Numbered from the stretch's first letter, positions 10,475 through 21,152 are shown. The stretch is 64,000 nt of DNA from Microcoleaceae cyanobacterium (GCA_051652765.1 JBOFUV010000052.1:32001-96000), one strand, 5' to 3'. Program-made: numbers and translations. Notes: a model not told the origin generated them from the sequence alone.

Positions 10475-10704
10475 TCCTCTTGTTCTCCCAACCTTGTGGG
10501 AACCGGATCATAACCTCCTGGGTGAAAGGGATGACATCTCAAGATCCGCTCAACGCCTAGCCGCCCACCCCGTAGAGCCCCAAATCGATCAATCGCTTCT
10601 ATCATATATTCCGAGCAAGTCGGGTGAAAGCGACAAGCACGAGGCAACAGCGGAGAAATAAACAGCTTATAGCCTCGAATCGGCAGAATAAACACCTGTT
10701 TCAT
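10465..10704 (-). CDS. yidD: Membrane protein insertion efficiency factor YidD
   Basis: [39 protein letters not shown]. Confidence 0.95.
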   Translation of the reverse strand: MKQVFILPIRGYKLFISPLLPRACRFHPTCSEYMIEAIDRFGALRGGRLGVERILRCHPFHPGGYDPVPTRLGEQEDQP

Positions 10705-10712
10705 CGTAGAAC

Positions 10713-11924
10713 TCAGGATAAAAACTTCTCCACACAGCGAACAAACAGCTCTACCCCCATCGCTAGGGCAGTTTCATCAAAGTCAAAACAGGGATGATGA
10801 TGGGGATAGGCCAGATTTTTCTCAACATTGGCTGAACCCAGGAAGAAGTAACAACCAGGAACTTGTTGAAGGAAAAAAGCCATATCCTCTCCTCCCATGG
10901 TTTGACAGTCTGGAACAATTCCCGCAGGAGTTTCAACGACTGTTTCAGCCACACTCTGCACTAAATTTGCCATCTGAGCATTGTTGACTAACGGCGGATA
11001 CAAGGAACGGTAATTGAGGTCATAAGTTGCCCCATAGGTCTGACAAATTCCAGCAATTATCTGCTCAATCCGTTGATGGAAAAAGCCTTCATAACTTGGA
11101 TCAAAATAGCGAACCGTTCCTTCCATGGTCGCTTTTCCTGGAATCACATTATGAGCATGTCCAGCATGGAGCGAACCTACGGTCACAACCGCAGACTGAA
11201 TCGGGTTGACATTACGACTCACAATACTTTGGAGCGCAGTGATAATTTGAGCTGCAACAACAATCGGATCAACCGTTTGATGAGGCATCGCACCATGACC
11301 ACCCTTACCCAAAATCGTGCATTCAAACTGTTCCACCGCAGCCATCAGGGCCCCAGTTCGAACACCTACGGTTCCCAAGGGCAAGTTATTCCATAGATGC
11401 AGACCAATAATGGCATCGACATCAGGATTTCTCAAGACTCCCGCTGCAATCATCGGCTTAGCTCCCCCCGGCCCTTCTTCCGCAGGCTGAAAGATGAACT
11501 TCACCGTGCCTTTGAAGTGCTGTCGATGGTTCGCTAAATAATGGGCAGTTCCGAGGGCGATCGCCGTATGACCATCATGGCCACAGGCGTGCATCACCCC
11601 ATCGTGCAGCGACTTGTAAGGAACTTCGTTCTCTTCCTGAATCGGCAAGGCATCCATATCAGCCCGAATTGCCAGCACAGGCCCTGGTTGAACCCCTTCA
11701 ATCGTAGCAACAATGCCCGTTTGAGCAACGCCCGCTTGAAAATCAATCCCCCATTGACTGAGGTGATGAGCCACAAACTCAGCCGTCAACTTTTCCTGAA
11801 AGGCGAGTTCAGGACGTTGGTGCAACTGACGTCGCCAATACACCAGCCGAGGGTGCAAATCGCGAATGCCTAAACGAATTTGACTCAGATTAACTGAACT
11901 GTTCAGGGGAAGAGTAGAAGTCAT
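10713..11924 (-). CDS. M20-family amidohydrolase (N-acyl-L-amino acid amidohydrolase-like)
   Basis: [50 protein letters not shown] motifs. Confidence 0.92.
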   Translation of the reverse strand: MTSTLPLNSSVNLSQIRLGIRDLHPRLVYWRRQLHQRPELAFQEKLTAEFVAHHLSQWGIDFQAGVAQTGIVATIEGVQPGPVLAIRADMDALPIQEENEVPYKSLHDGVMHACGHDGHTAIALGTAHYLANHRQHFKGTVKFIFQPAEEGPGGAKPMIAAGVLRNPDVDAIIGLHLWNNLPLGTVGVRTGALMAAVEQFECTILGKGGHGAMPHQTVDPIVVAAQIITALQSIVSRNVNPIQSAVVTVGSLHAGHAHNVIPGKATMEGTVRYFDPSYEGFFHQRIEQIIAGICQTYGATYDLNYRSLYPPLVNNAQMANLVQSVAETVVETPAGIVPDCQTMGGEDMAFFLQQVPGCYFFLGSANVEKNLAYPHHHPCFDFDETALAMGVELFVRCVEKFLS

Positions 11925-12022
11925 CGTAACGCATTTAGTCCCTAGCAACAAAAGGCTAAGTGTGACTCAGCCTTTTATATTATGAGCATTATTTCTCATC
12001 CCAGCCAACAGCTTGATATCAC

Positions 12023-12697
12023 TCAATCATAGGGCAAGGGATCTTGAAGGCCCAGTTCTGCAAACGCAGCCAGTCGCAGCCGACAGGAGTCACAAATCCC
12101 ACAGGCTTTTTCTGATCCAGCATAACAAGACCAAGTTAGTTCCCAGGGAACATTCAATTGATTGCCAAGCTGAATAATTTCTGTCTTCTTGAGCTGAATT
12201 AAAGGTGCGTGAATCTCAATCGCGTCTCCCTCCCGCCCCTGTTTTGTCCCCAGGCAAAAGACTTCCTGCATAGCTTGAATGTAGTCAGGACGACAATCTG
12301 GATAGCCAGAGTAATCCAATGCATTCACCCCAATGTAAACTCGGCTGGCGGCCAACGCTTCTGCATAGGCGAGGGCAAAGCTTAGAAAGATCGTGTTGCG
12401 GGCGGGAACGTAAGTCAGTGGAATAGTTTGAGCCATTTCATCTAAAGAGCGATCGCTAGGCAACTCAATCTGGTTGTCTGTGAGCGCAGATCCACCCCAG
12501 AGCCTTAGGTCAAAGTTGATCATCTGATGTTCTGCAACTTCGGCCCTCTGAGCCAGCTTTGTTGCAGAGTCCAGTTCTCGCTGATGGCGCTGTTGGTAGT
12601 CAAACGAGAGAGCGTAACAGATGCAACCCTCGGCTTTTGCTTGGAACAAGACCGTGGAGGAATCCAGACCCCCTGACAACAAGATAACCGCTTTCAC
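12023..12697 (-). CDS. queC: 7-cyano-7-deazaguanine synthase
   Basis: LLSGGLDS, YVPARN, GYPDCRP, TWSCY, CGICDSC. Confidence 0.97.
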   Translation of the reverse strand: MKAVILLSGGLDSSTVLFQAKAEGCICYALSFDYQQRHQRELDSATKLAQRAEVAEHQMINFDLRLWGGSALTDNQIELPSDRSLDEMAQTIPLTYVPARNTIFLSFALAYAEALAASRVYIGVNALDYSGYPDCRPDYIQAMQEVFCLGTKQGREGDAIEIHAPLIQLKKTEIIQLGNQLNVPWELTWSCYAGSEKACGICDSCRLRLAAFAELGLQDPLPYD

Positions 12698-13147
12698 AAT
12701 CGAGATTTTGCAGAAACTTTACAGAGAAAATTGATGTTCGCTATTCTATTCGTATTGATTGTAATATTTTTCTTAAAAAAACAGTTCTTAAAAAGCAGTT
12801 CTTAAAAAGCAGTTCCCGAGAAGACACTTTCTGAAAAGATTTGTAAAGAACCAAGACCTAACGTTACAGTTCAAGACTTTTAAGTAAAAATACCGAGAAA
12901 AAATCCATTTGTTTTTGTCCTGAAAAAAATCAATAATCTGGGGAGAGTTTTCGTCTCAGCAAGACTTTCAGGGTTTGGATTTCGTCAAGGTTGATTCGTC
13001 TCTCCCTCAACTTTAAGGTTTCCTAAACCTAATTAATTAATGTCAAGTTTGCAAACATAACTTTATGTTTAACCTCAACAAATTTCGTTAAACTAGAGAT
13101 AAGACACGCAAACGTGTTGAGGCATTATTATTTGGCATTACTATTTT

Positions 13148-13678
13148 ATGATTTCATCCTCTGAAGCTAGATCTCATTCTGAATTTCAGACCAGTCGCTG
13201 GCTGGTCATTATTTTGGGAACTCTAGCATTTTGGATTGGCGGTAGCTTGATTTTGGATTTCGTTGTGATGCCTAGTATGTACGTTACAGGTATGATGACC
13301 CAATCTGATTTTGTCTCTGCAGGCTCCTTTATGTTCTCTTGGTTTAACCGAGTTGAAGTTCTCTGTGCGGCAATAGGGTTAACCGGTGCGCTGGCATTAG
13401 GCACGATATTACCCGAGGGCTTTAGCAATCGGGTTCGGACAATTCTAATCCTGTCTCTGTTTTTATTCGCAGTGACCTTGATTTATACCTACAGTTTGAC
13501 CCCTCAAATGGCAAGTTTAGGTCTGTCACTTGATCTGTTTGAAAACAGTGCCGTCCTTCCTGAAGGCATGAACCAACTGCATTTCCAATACTGGAGCTTA
13601 GAAATGCTAAAGCTTTTGTCGGCTGGAGCCATTGCAGCTTGGTGTTTGAGAAACTTTAAGCTGGCTACAACCTGGTAG
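13148..13678 (+). CDS. DUF4149-like four-helix membrane protein
   Basis: Four hydrophobic segments; LDFVVMP, LTPQM, MNQLH pattern. Confidence 0.7.
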   Translation: MISSSEARSHSEFQTSRWLVIILGTLAFWIGGSLILDFVVMPSMYVTGMMTQSDFVSAGSFMFSWFNRVEVLCAAIGLTGALALGTILPEGFSNRVRTILILSLFLFAVTLIYTYSLTPQMASLGLSLDLFENSAVLPEGMNQLHFQYWSLEMLKLLSAGAIAAWCLRNFKLATTW

Positions 13679-13734
13679 TTTATTTGCTGCTTTGCCTGCT
13701 CTGCTATCGGGGGTGTTGGAGAACTGCACCCACA

Positions 13735-13770
13735 CCCTCTTAAAGCCCACGGGCTTGGGCTTTAAGAGGG
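13735..13770. terminator. Perfect 15-bp stem hairpin
   Basis: CCCTCTTAAAGCCCA / TGGGCTTTAAGAGGG with 6-nt loop between convergent genes; second hairpin with T-run at 13787-13837. Confidence 0.6.
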
Positions 13771-13918
13771 GCAGGACAATAAATTTGCTCTCCCAGTCTG
13801 TTGAGGTCTTTGCCTGAGGACATGGGAGAGCGTTTTTATCTCTAATCTTTTATCTCTAGTATCTACTTTCTTGTCAGATTGATCTGGAATCAACTCAACT
13901 GAAAAAGATGTTGACCCA

Positions 13919-14107
13919 CTAGATTCCTTGCCGAGATGCTAGCTTTTCCAAGTGAGCTTGGGTTTGCTGGAGAAGTTGATCACGACTATCCTTAATTTGA
14001 ATCAGAGAGGGAACTAAGTTACGAGCTTGTAGTGTCATGTGAAGCTGAAGATCAGCGACGTACTCGCTAACTCCGTGAGAGAAGGAATGAGTTAAATTCT
14101 GGTTCAT
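13919..14107 (-). CDS. Small hypothetical protein (62 aa)
   Basis: Isolated ATG ORF, helical composition, resembles conserved cyanobacterial small proteins (YVADLQLHMTLQARNL). Confidence 0.65.
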   Translation of the reverse strand: MNQNLTHSFSHGVSEYVADLQLHMTLQARNLVPSLIQIKDSRDQLLQQTQAHLEKLASRQGI

Positions 14108-14232
14108 TTCTGAAGGTAAAGCTCTACGCTTTATGTAAAGTTGCAGTACTTACGGTTCCCTGTAACAGGCTATCACACCCGCCCTATGCCTTCGCCGCCT
14201 CGTAATGAACTTTAACCCGGACTCAAACTTTG

Positions 14233-14250
14233 TTTACATTCTGTTACAGG
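14233..14250 (+). promoter_or_regulatory. Putative HLR1 (RpaB-binding) motif
   Basis: TTTACATT-CT-GTTACAGG versus consensus (G/T)TTACA(T/A)(T/A)-NN-(G/T)TTACA(T/A)(T/A), in a divergent intergenic region. Confidence 0.5.
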
Positions 14251-14426
14251 CGGCAGTGAACCGTTTAGGAACGTCTTGAGTTTGCTGCATTGACCCTGAA
14301 GTAATGCTACTGGTTCGATGGAGTTTGGGTAATCCGAACTTCAACCCAATCTCTGGCAACTGTTAGACACGCTATCCTAAAACTTATACTGTAGAACAAT
14401 AGTATTTATCATCCTAAACCCGACCT

Positions 14427-15029
14427 ATGGCTGCGCTGGGCAATCAATTTAATCAGTTTCTCGGCAAGACTCGACTGATGGTCTGTCGGATTTTTCTGCA
14501 CTTGGGAGGGGCTGAGGTTGCTCCCTTGTTGGGCATCCTCAATCAAGTTGCTCGAAGTTCAATCGAGTCCGAGGGAGATCTGAAAGTTTTAGGGGAAGGA
14601 TTGGTTGAAATCAGCCAAAACTTGCTGCAATATAACCTCTATTGGCGCTCGGCAGCAAATGAGGGAGATGTCCTGTGGAACGAAGATGAGGCGGCTGACT
14701 ATGTAGATGAACTGTTTACTGACTCTGCCCAGCGTTATCTCAGTCAACCGAGTTTCACCCCTGAAGAGGACGAAGATGAACTGCTTTCTCTCCCCGCTAC
14801 ACAAAATTTAGTTGTCATGCTTACAATAGCTTGTGAGGGAGAGGCTCCCAGCTTGGAAGCTGATTTGACCGGCTTAGAAGCGATGGAAGCAGCTTTACAA
14901 GCGTTGATTACATTACACTATCAGGAACGGCTGAGAGCCATTCAGATTCACTTCTCTCCAGCTCAGTTCGGGGATGAATTGACGGAAGATCAACTTTTGC
15001 TCAATTTTCCTGAACTGGTTCCACTTTAG
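14427..15029 (+). CDS. DUF1517-like domain protein, short soluble form
   Basis: GL.E....LL....YWRS.A, NLVVMLT.A, IHFSPAQFGDELTEDQLLLNFPELVPL end typical of DUF1517. Confidence 0.7.
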   Translation: MAALGNQFNQFLGKTRLMVCRIFLHLGGAEVAPLLGILNQVARSSIESEGDLKVLGEGLVEISQNLLQYNLYWRSAANEGDVLWNEDEAADYVDELFTDSAQRYLSQPSFTPEEDEDELLSLPATQNLVVMLTIACEGEAPSLEADLTGLEAMEAALQALITLHYQERLRAIQIHFSPAQFGDELTEDQLLLNFPELVPL

Positions 15030-15088
15030 TCAGCCAACCTAGAAAACCAAATTACCCAGCACTGATAGTTAATTCCTAATAAGGCAAT

Positions 15089-15964
15089 ATGCTTCGAAAA
15101 TTCACTATTCTTGTTCTGTCTCTGGCCTTGTGCTGGACAAGCTTTTCTTGTAGTTCCCCAAGTGGAATGACAGCCAATCAAACTCAGACCAAAACCCCTG
15201 ATCAACTTACCAATCCCATTGCCAATTCCAACTCGGTCAGCCCAGGAGAGTATTCTCTGCAACAAGCCGAATACGATGATGCAACAGGAGAATATACACT
15301 GATGTTGTTAGGCAGCACGCCACCGATTTATCGGACTGTAGATCTCCAAATGGCTCGACTGACCGATGAGGAGCTTCAGGCTGGAAAACAGAGTTATGTA
15401 ACGATCAACGGAGATCAGGCCGTTCTACACCTGGCAGAAGATTTTAAGATTGGCTACGTCCATAACGTCACTGAAAACCAGGTTGATCCCCAAACTGGAC
15501 AAACTGAGACCGTCGTTGTGCGGCGAGAGTCCAACTTCTGGAGTCCCTTTGCTGGGTCTCTTGCTGGAACAGTGATCGCCAACTCTTTGTTCGCACCCCG
15601 TTATTATATTCCTCCAGTCTATCAATCTGGTGGACGCTTAGTGGGCTATGGCGGCTATGGCAACTCCTACGGCGGCGCAGTTGATAATTACCGCTCTCGC
15701 AACAACGCTCCTCCGGCTGCAGTGAAGAACCGTCAAGTGCTGCGGACAACCGGTGCAGTTCGTTCTCCATCGACTTCAACTTCGCCTCAGCGCAAGACAA
15801 CAAATCGTTCAACCGGTTCAGGCGTGGGTTCCAGTGATCTGCGAAAGCCTAGTCAGACCACGCGCCCAACTCAAACGGCCAAGCCACGATCACCCAGCTT
15901 TGGTAGCAGTGGGACGACTCGTCGGCGACCCTCCTATAGTGGCGGCGGCAGACGGCGGCGTTAA
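15089..15964 (+). CDS. Hypothetical lipoprotein with Gly/Tyr-rich core and Arg/Ser-rich tail
   Basis: Signal peptide ending TSFSC; SNFWSPFAGSLAG segment; SFGSSG..GGGRRRR tail. Confidence 0.75.
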   Translation: MLRKFTILVLSLALCWTSFSCSSPSGMTANQTQTKTPDQLTNPIANSNSVSPGEYSLQQAEYDDATGEYTLMLLGSTPPIYRTVDLQMARLTDEELQAGKQSYVTINGDQAVLHLAEDFKIGYVHNVTENQVDPQTGQTETVVVRRESNFWSPFAGSLAGTVIANSLFAPRYYIPPVYQSGGRLVGYGGYGNSYGGAVDNYRSRNNAPPAAVKNRQVLRTTGAVRSPSTSTSPQRKTTNRSTGSGVGSSDLRKPSQTTRPTQTAKPRSPSFGSSGTTRRRPSYSGGGRRRR

Positions 15965-15969
15965 GTTTC

Positions 15970-15997
15970 ATTCCCTTCTCCCGAAGAAGAAGGGAAT
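15970..15997 (+). terminator. Hairpin after lipoprotein gene
   Basis: ATTCCCTTCT / AGAAGGGAAT. Confidence 0.5.
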
Positions 15998-16018
15998 CAA
16001 GAAACTATGGTTTGCCTA

Positions 16019-16048
16019 TTGAAAATATCTCAATTGTTTTGCTACAAT
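16019..16048 (+). promoter_or_regulatory. sigma70-type promoter of tRNA-Cys
   Basis: TTGAAA (16019-24), 18-nt spacer, TACAAT (16043-48), 16 nt before the tRNA. Confidence 0.6.
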
Positions 16049-16064
16049 AAATGTTTGTAGGTGC

Positions 16065-16135
<71 letters not shown>

Positions 16136-16182
16136 TGAATTGTGAAGGTCTCATCTAAAACATCGTAGCTCAAGTGATATCG

Positions 16183-16213
16183 TCAGCCTAGTCAGACTCT
16201 AGGCTGATTTTTT
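16183..16213 (+). terminator. Rho-independent terminator after tRNA-Cys
   Basis: TCAGCCTAG / CTAGGCTGA followed by T6. Confidence 0.8.
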
Positions 16214-16215
16214 AG

Positions 16216-16605
16216 TTACGGCAGGGCAGCAGAAATCAGGTTAACGAGTTCATCCTCTGACCAAGGCTTGTAAATGCAACTGTAGAGATTTGCCTGCTGT
16301 TGAGCGCGTTTGACCGCAGCCTCATCCGCTTGACCTGTTAACATCACGGTCACAACTTTTGGATATTTTTGATGTACCTCAACCAAAAATTCATCTCCTT
16401 TGATATTCGGCATCAACCAGTCCGAAATAATCAGTAAGATCTCAATTTGATGATTTTGTAAGTCCTCAATAATTTCCCAGGCTTCTTCAACACTTTCTGC
16501 GATTTCATAGAGATACTGATTCCCAAATCTTCGTTTCAGTTGTTCCTTTAGACTTTCTAGAATAATTGACTCATCATCAACACACAAAATTGCTTGGTCT
16601 ACCAT
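16216..16605 (-). CDS. Stand-alone response regulator receiver
   Basis: ILCVDDE, IISDWLMP, MLTG, KPW. Confidence 0.93.
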   Translation of the reverse strand: MVDQAILCVDDESIILESLKEQLKRRFGNQYLYEIAESVEEAWEIIEDLQNHQIEILLIISDWLMPNIKGDEFLVEVHQKYPKVVTVMLTGQADEAAVKRAQQQANLYSCIYKPWSEDELVNLISAALP

Positions 16606-16880
16606 AACGATCGAGGGTTTAATTCTAAAGATACATTGCTGACCTTCAGCTTTCTATAACAATCTCATTTGAACTGTGAACGTGGATTGGACTCTTGCCC
16701 ACCCAGGCTAGAAAAGGCTAGAAACCTGCACCACAGATATCTCATAAATCATTACTGATTCATTACTGATTGCTATAGTATATCGCCCTTTATGTTGATG
16801 TTGAGTGAATGTAGGTAGGAGCACACCAAACTGGATTTGAAACCGATGAAGTCTCTACAATCTCGGGCCAGAACTGACTT

Positions 16881-18344
16881 TTAGATCGAAAGTTTTGATT
16901 CTAAACTAGGGGCTTGTGTAACGGTTATCGGCAGCCAAACCTTAAAGGTTGTCTGACCTGAGACACTTTCAAAATTAATTTTACCTTGATGTTTTTCGAC
17001 AATTTTACGCACAATATCTAGACCTAGACCACTGCCCTCCCCTACCGATTTGGTGGTGAAGAAAGGTTCAAAAATTTTGTCCTGAATACTGACTGGAATC
17101 CCACACCCGGAATCTGTGATGGATACCACCTGATAACGATTTTGTTCAGATACATTGATTTCTAAAATTCCTTTCCCTTCCATAGCTTGAATCGCGTTAT
17201 GAATTAAATTAATCCACACCTGATCTAATTCATTGGGATGACATAGAATTGGGCCGACAGAATCGTAGGTTCGCACAACTTCAACACCTTGTTGAAGTTG
17301 ACTCCGATACAGTTGTAAAACAGTTTCAATGCTCTCAGACAGTTGAGCAAGCTGTTTTTCATTATTTTGGTTGTATCGGGAGTAACTCTTGAGGGCAAAA
17401 ACTGTTTTTGCAGCCCGTTCTACGGCCATGAGAGTATTTTGGCTATTACTCTGCAAGCGCGTGAGATTGTAGACAACTTGAAAGATCCAGTCTCGATTGG
17501 GCGATCGCAACCAGGGCAACAATGGTTCAAGATTATTGTAGATTTGGAGATCTGCTAACATCTCAGCCACATTTCGAACAGAGTCAATTTGATACAGGAC
17601 AAGTTGTTCAGTTAACTGTCGCTTTAACTGTCGCTGTTCTTTAGTTGAGAGTTGCAGATTGTGTTGAGTTGCTTGCCCCAATAGTGTGAATAAATGAATC
17701 TGTTGATCTTCACTTAGATTAAGTAATTGGGGTAGATCTTGCAGAAATTCTTGCAGTGCCAACTTAGTATTTTCACTAGAAGCTCGAATCGCACCCAAAG
17801 GAGTATTGATTTCGTGGGCAATACTCGCAATTAACTGACCCAAAGCTGCCATTTTCTCAGACTGAATCAGTTGATTTTGGGTGGATTGTAGTTCGGCCAA
17901 GGCTCGAGCCAGATCATCATTTTTCTGTTGTAAACTACGATGGAGCATCCGATTTTCCAAGTGAGTCTCAACTCGTGCAAGTACCTCCTCAACTTGAAAA
18001 GGCTTGGTAACGTAGTCAATGCCTCCTATTGTAAATGCTTTGACTTTGTCTATGACATCATTAATTGCACTAATAAAAATCACGGGAATGTCACGGGTTG
18101 TTTCATCTGCTTTCAATTGTTCGCAGACTTCATAGCCATCCATTTCCGGCATCATAATATCGAGCAAAACTAGGTCAGGGGGAGAGTTCTTGATGGCTGC
18201 CAAGGCCAGCTTTCCATTGGGTAATGCTCTAACATTGTAACCTTTGTTTTTGAGGAGGTTAACTAGGAGTCGAAGATTGGCTGGAGTGTCGTCAATGACC
18301 AGAATATGCCCTTTATAAAGCAGGTAATCTTGAGTAGAATCCAT
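16881..18344 (-). CDS. Hybrid histidine kinase (N-terminal REC + HisKA + HATPase)
   Basis: ILVIDD/LLDIMMP receiver; SIAHEINTPL; NAIQA, DSGCGI, FFTTK, GSGLGL. Confidence 0.93.
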   Translation of the reverse strand: MDSTQDYLLYKGHILVIDDTPANLRLLVNLLKNKGYNVRALPNGKLALAAIKNSPPDLVLLDIMMPEMDGYEVCEQLKADETTRDIPVIFISAINDVIDKVKAFTIGGIDYVTKPFQVEEVLARVETHLENRMLHRSLQQKNDDLARALAELQSTQNQLIQSEKMAALGQLIASIAHEINTPLGAIRASSENTKLALQEFLQDLPQLLNLSEDQQIHLFTLLGQATQHNLQLSTKEQRQLKRQLTEQLVLYQIDSVRNVAEMLADLQIYNNLEPLLPWLRSPNRDWIFQVVYNLTRLQSNSQNTLMAVERAAKTVFALKSYSRYNQNNEKQLAQLSESIETVLQLYRSQLQQGVEVVRTYDSVGPILCHPNELDQVWINLIHNAIQAMEGKGILEINVSEQNRYQVVSITDSGCGIPVSIQDKIFEPFFTTKSVGEGSGLGLDIVRKIVEKHQGKINFESVSGQTTFKVWLPITVTQAPSLESKLSI

Positions 18345-18362
18345 GGTGTAACGGGTTTAATT

Positions 18363-21152
18363 TCAGAGTGAAGCGATAAAGCTAAGAATTTTGTCAAACT
18401 CAAATTGATCAGTATAATCTTTTAAAATCTTCGCCAAGGAGGGATTCCGGGTCTGAATCTGTTCAATCGTAGTTGTGATTAAATCCAAGTCTCCAATTTG
18501 AAAGCCTTGATTTAAATGTTCAATCCATTCTCGGGGTAATTGTTTGAAGTCATTAGCATTGAGGGTATAAGAAAGCGAAGTAGCTGAGTCATAAGAGGCA
18601 ATATTTTCATAGACAAACTTTACGCCCAGATGTTTGTTCAGGGCTATAAAGATATCTTCATTTCGAAACGGTTTTCGCATAAAGTCATCACATCCAGCCG
18701 ATAAGATAACTGCTCGCTCTTCTTCCAAAACACTGGCTGTGAGGGCAATAATTGCGGTGGCTTGCCCTCGAGTCGTTGCCTTAATTTTCTGGGTTGCTGC
18801 ATAACCATCCATAATCGGCATTCGCATGTCCATCCAGATCAGATGGGGTTCCCATTGATGCCAAAGATCTACCGCTTCTTGACCATTAGCAGCTTCTTTC
18901 ATTTCAAATCCCAGAGGGGCTAAGAGTTTAACTAAAAGCTGGCGGTTAATGGCTTTATCATCTACCACCAATAAACGATAACGAGGTTGACCCGGCTCTA
19001 GGGCAACAACACGATGGGTAGAATGAGTTTGTTCCACATCACTCCCGTCAGCAATGGTAGCTTGAATATCAAACATAAATACTGCTCTCTGGCCAACAGT
19101 AGAGGCAACTTGAATATTACCCCCCATCAACTGCACAAATCTGCGACTAATCGGCAAGCCTAACCCTGTGCCTTCATGAGAGAGCCGACCTGATTCCGTT
19201 TGGACAAAGGCTTCAAACAGATGATCGAGTTCTTCAGCGGCAATGCCAACTCCCGTGTCTTCAACCTCAAAGTGAATTGTGATTGGCGTATTCGGAGATG
19301 GCATGGTCTGATTCTCAAGTTCCTGTTCCCAATTCTCTGGATTGATTGGGTTTGTTGAGTTTGTTAGACTTGTCCTAACGGCCACTCCCCCGGTGTGAGT
19401 AAACTTCAATGCATTGTTGAGCAAGTTAATTAACACTTGACGGAGTTTGACCTGATCGGCCTGGATGTAGCGAGGAACTGCCTCAGACCGCTCAAAGATC
19501 AGTTGCAACTGCTTTTCTTCTGCCTTGAGATGAAACATATCTTCTAGATCATCCAGCAACTGATAGAGGTCAAATCTGGTTTCATTTAACACTAACCGTC
19601 CAGCTTCAATCTTGGATAGGTCTAAAACTTGATTGATCAGGGTGAGTAAATGTTCTCCACTGCGGGAAATAATACTGAGGTTTTCCTGTTGCTCCGAAGA
19701 TAAGGTGCGACTGCGAGTGATCAGTTGAGCAAATCCCAGAATGGCATTGAGGGGCGATCGCAATTCATGGCTCATATTCGCAAGAAAGGCACTTTTCGCT
19801 TCATTGGCCACTTCTGCTCTTTGCTTAGCCTCTGCCAGTTCAGCCGTTCGTTGGGCAACCCGGTGTTCTAGGGTTTCAAAGGAATCCTGCAGTTGATCGG
19901 CCATGCTATTGAAGGAATTGGCTAACTGACCCAGTTCATCTTGGCGATCTAGAACAACGGTTTTATCCCAGTTGCCTTTGGCGATATCCTTTGCGGCTTC
20001 ATTCAGTTGGAGAATGGGCTGTACCACCCATCGAGCCGTCATCATCCCTAGGGCGATCGCCGTAGTTAGAGCCGCCAAACATAGCAACAGCGTTATTTTA
20101 GTATTTTTGTGAATTTGCTCCATGAAGTCCGCTTCAGGAACCACAACAGCAATCAGCCAGTTCAGTCCTAACTCATCTTGATAAGGCAAAACCTGAACAA
20201 ACTGTCGTTGTCCATCTGGAGTTGTGAAGTCTAGTTTTGTCAGGGTTTGAATTTGATCCAGTCCCCCAAAGTGTTCTGTTAAGTATTGAGCTGTGGCCCG
20301 AATCAGGGGGTCACCAAACTCTGTTGCCTTAACCCGCTCATTGTTCGGAGTAAACGGAAGTTCAGTAGAGGAGCTAGCCACCAACAAACCAGAAGGCTCT
20401 ACAATAAAAGTCTTTCCAGTCTTCCCAATGTTGAGGGTGCTGAGAAAGTTACTGATTGCTTCCAAGGTTACATCCAAACCCAGGACTCCGACTAACTGAT
20501 TGTTTGAGTCAAACACAGGTTGGGAAGGAGTGATCATCAAAGCTTTGGTACTCGCCGCATCGGTGTAGACCTCACTCCAAGTGGGCTTCCCGATAGCAAC
20601 AGCAGCTTTGTACCAGGGTCGAGCACGAGGATCGTAGCCTTCAACGGCATCGATCATTCGGCCAGTGAATTGGCCTTGAGCATCCGTGGCATAAAAATTT
20701 AGATTCCCCTCCGTCCACTGACTGCGTAGACTAATTTGGTAGGGGCTTTCTGGAAACAGGCGGGCCACTCCATAAAATTCTCCTTGCTCAGTCCCAAAAT
20801 AGGCATGGACAATATTTGGGAAAGTCTGGATCAACCCGAGAAAGCTCTTTTCCCGAGAGGCAGCATCCTGCAAATTGAGTTGGCCATCTCGAATTTGATG
20901 AGCCATCATCTGATTCACCAATTGGGCCTGTTGCACATAATTGTCTAAGCGATCTTCAATCCGGGCCGTTACTTCACCCCGCAATTGTGTCGCCAGATCA
21001 TTAACCGCTTTTTGACCATTGCGAAAAGAAATATAACCTACTAGCCCAACGGCAGTTACCAATTGCAATACAAAAGGCACAATCAAGATGGGACGGAGGG
21101 GTAAATGCCGAATCCCTCTAGTGAGTTTATGACTGAGTGGTTGAATTAACAT
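18363..21152 (-). CDS. Membrane hybrid sensor kinase (Cache, HAMP, HisKA, HATPase, REC)
   Basis: Two TMs around YDPRARPWY Cache domain; DELGQLANSFN HAMP; MSHELRSPLN; GTGLGL; IWMDMRMP. Confidence 0.94.
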   Translation of the reverse strand: MLIQPLSHKLTRGIRHLPLRPILIVPFVLQLVTAVGLVGYISFRNGQKAVNDLATQLRGEVTARIEDRLDNYVQQAQLVNQMMAHQIRDGQLNLQDAASREKSFLGLIQTFPNIVHAYFGTEQGEFYGVARLFPESPYQISLRSQWTEGNLNFYATDAQGQFTGRMIDAVEGYDPRARPWYKAAVAIGKPTWSEVYTDAASTKALMITPSQPVFDSNNQLVGVLGLDVTLEAISNFLSTLNIGKTGKTFIVEPSGLLVASSSTELPFTPNNERVKATEFGDPLIRATAQYLTEHFGGLDQIQTLTKLDFTTPDGQRQFVQVLPYQDELGLNWLIAVVVPEADFMEQIHKNTKITLLLCLAALTTAIALGMMTARWVVQPILQLNEAAKDIAKGNWDKTVVLDRQDELGQLANSFNSMADQLQDSFETLEHRVAQRTAELAEAKQRAEVANEAKSAFLANMSHELRSPLNAILGFAQLITRSRTLSSEQQENLSIISRSGEHLLTLINQVLDLSKIEAGRLVLNETRFDLYQLLDDLEDMFHLKAEEKQLQLIFERSEAVPRYIQADQVKLRQVLINLLNNALKFTHTGGVAVRTSLTNSTNPINPENWEQELENQTMPSPNTPITIHFEVEDTGVGIAAEELDHLFEAFVQTESGRLSHEGTGLGLPISRRFVQLMGGNIQVASTVGQRAVFMFDIQATIADGSDVEQTHSTHRVVALEPGQPRYRLLVVDDKAINRQLLVKLLAPLGFEMKEAANGQEAVDLWHQWEPHLIWMDMRMPIMDGYAATQKIKATTRGQATAIIALTASVLEEERAVILSAGCDDFMRKPFRNEDIFIALNKHLGVKFVYENIASYDSATSLSYTLNANDFKQLPREWIEHLNQGFQIGDLDLITTTIEQIQTRNPSLAKILKDYTDQFEFDKILSFIASL

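Noticed and set aside
12698..12900. preQ1 riboswitch upstream of queC
   Set aside because: No recognisable preQ1 stem-loop with A-rich tail on the minus strand; only a 14-bp tandem duplication.
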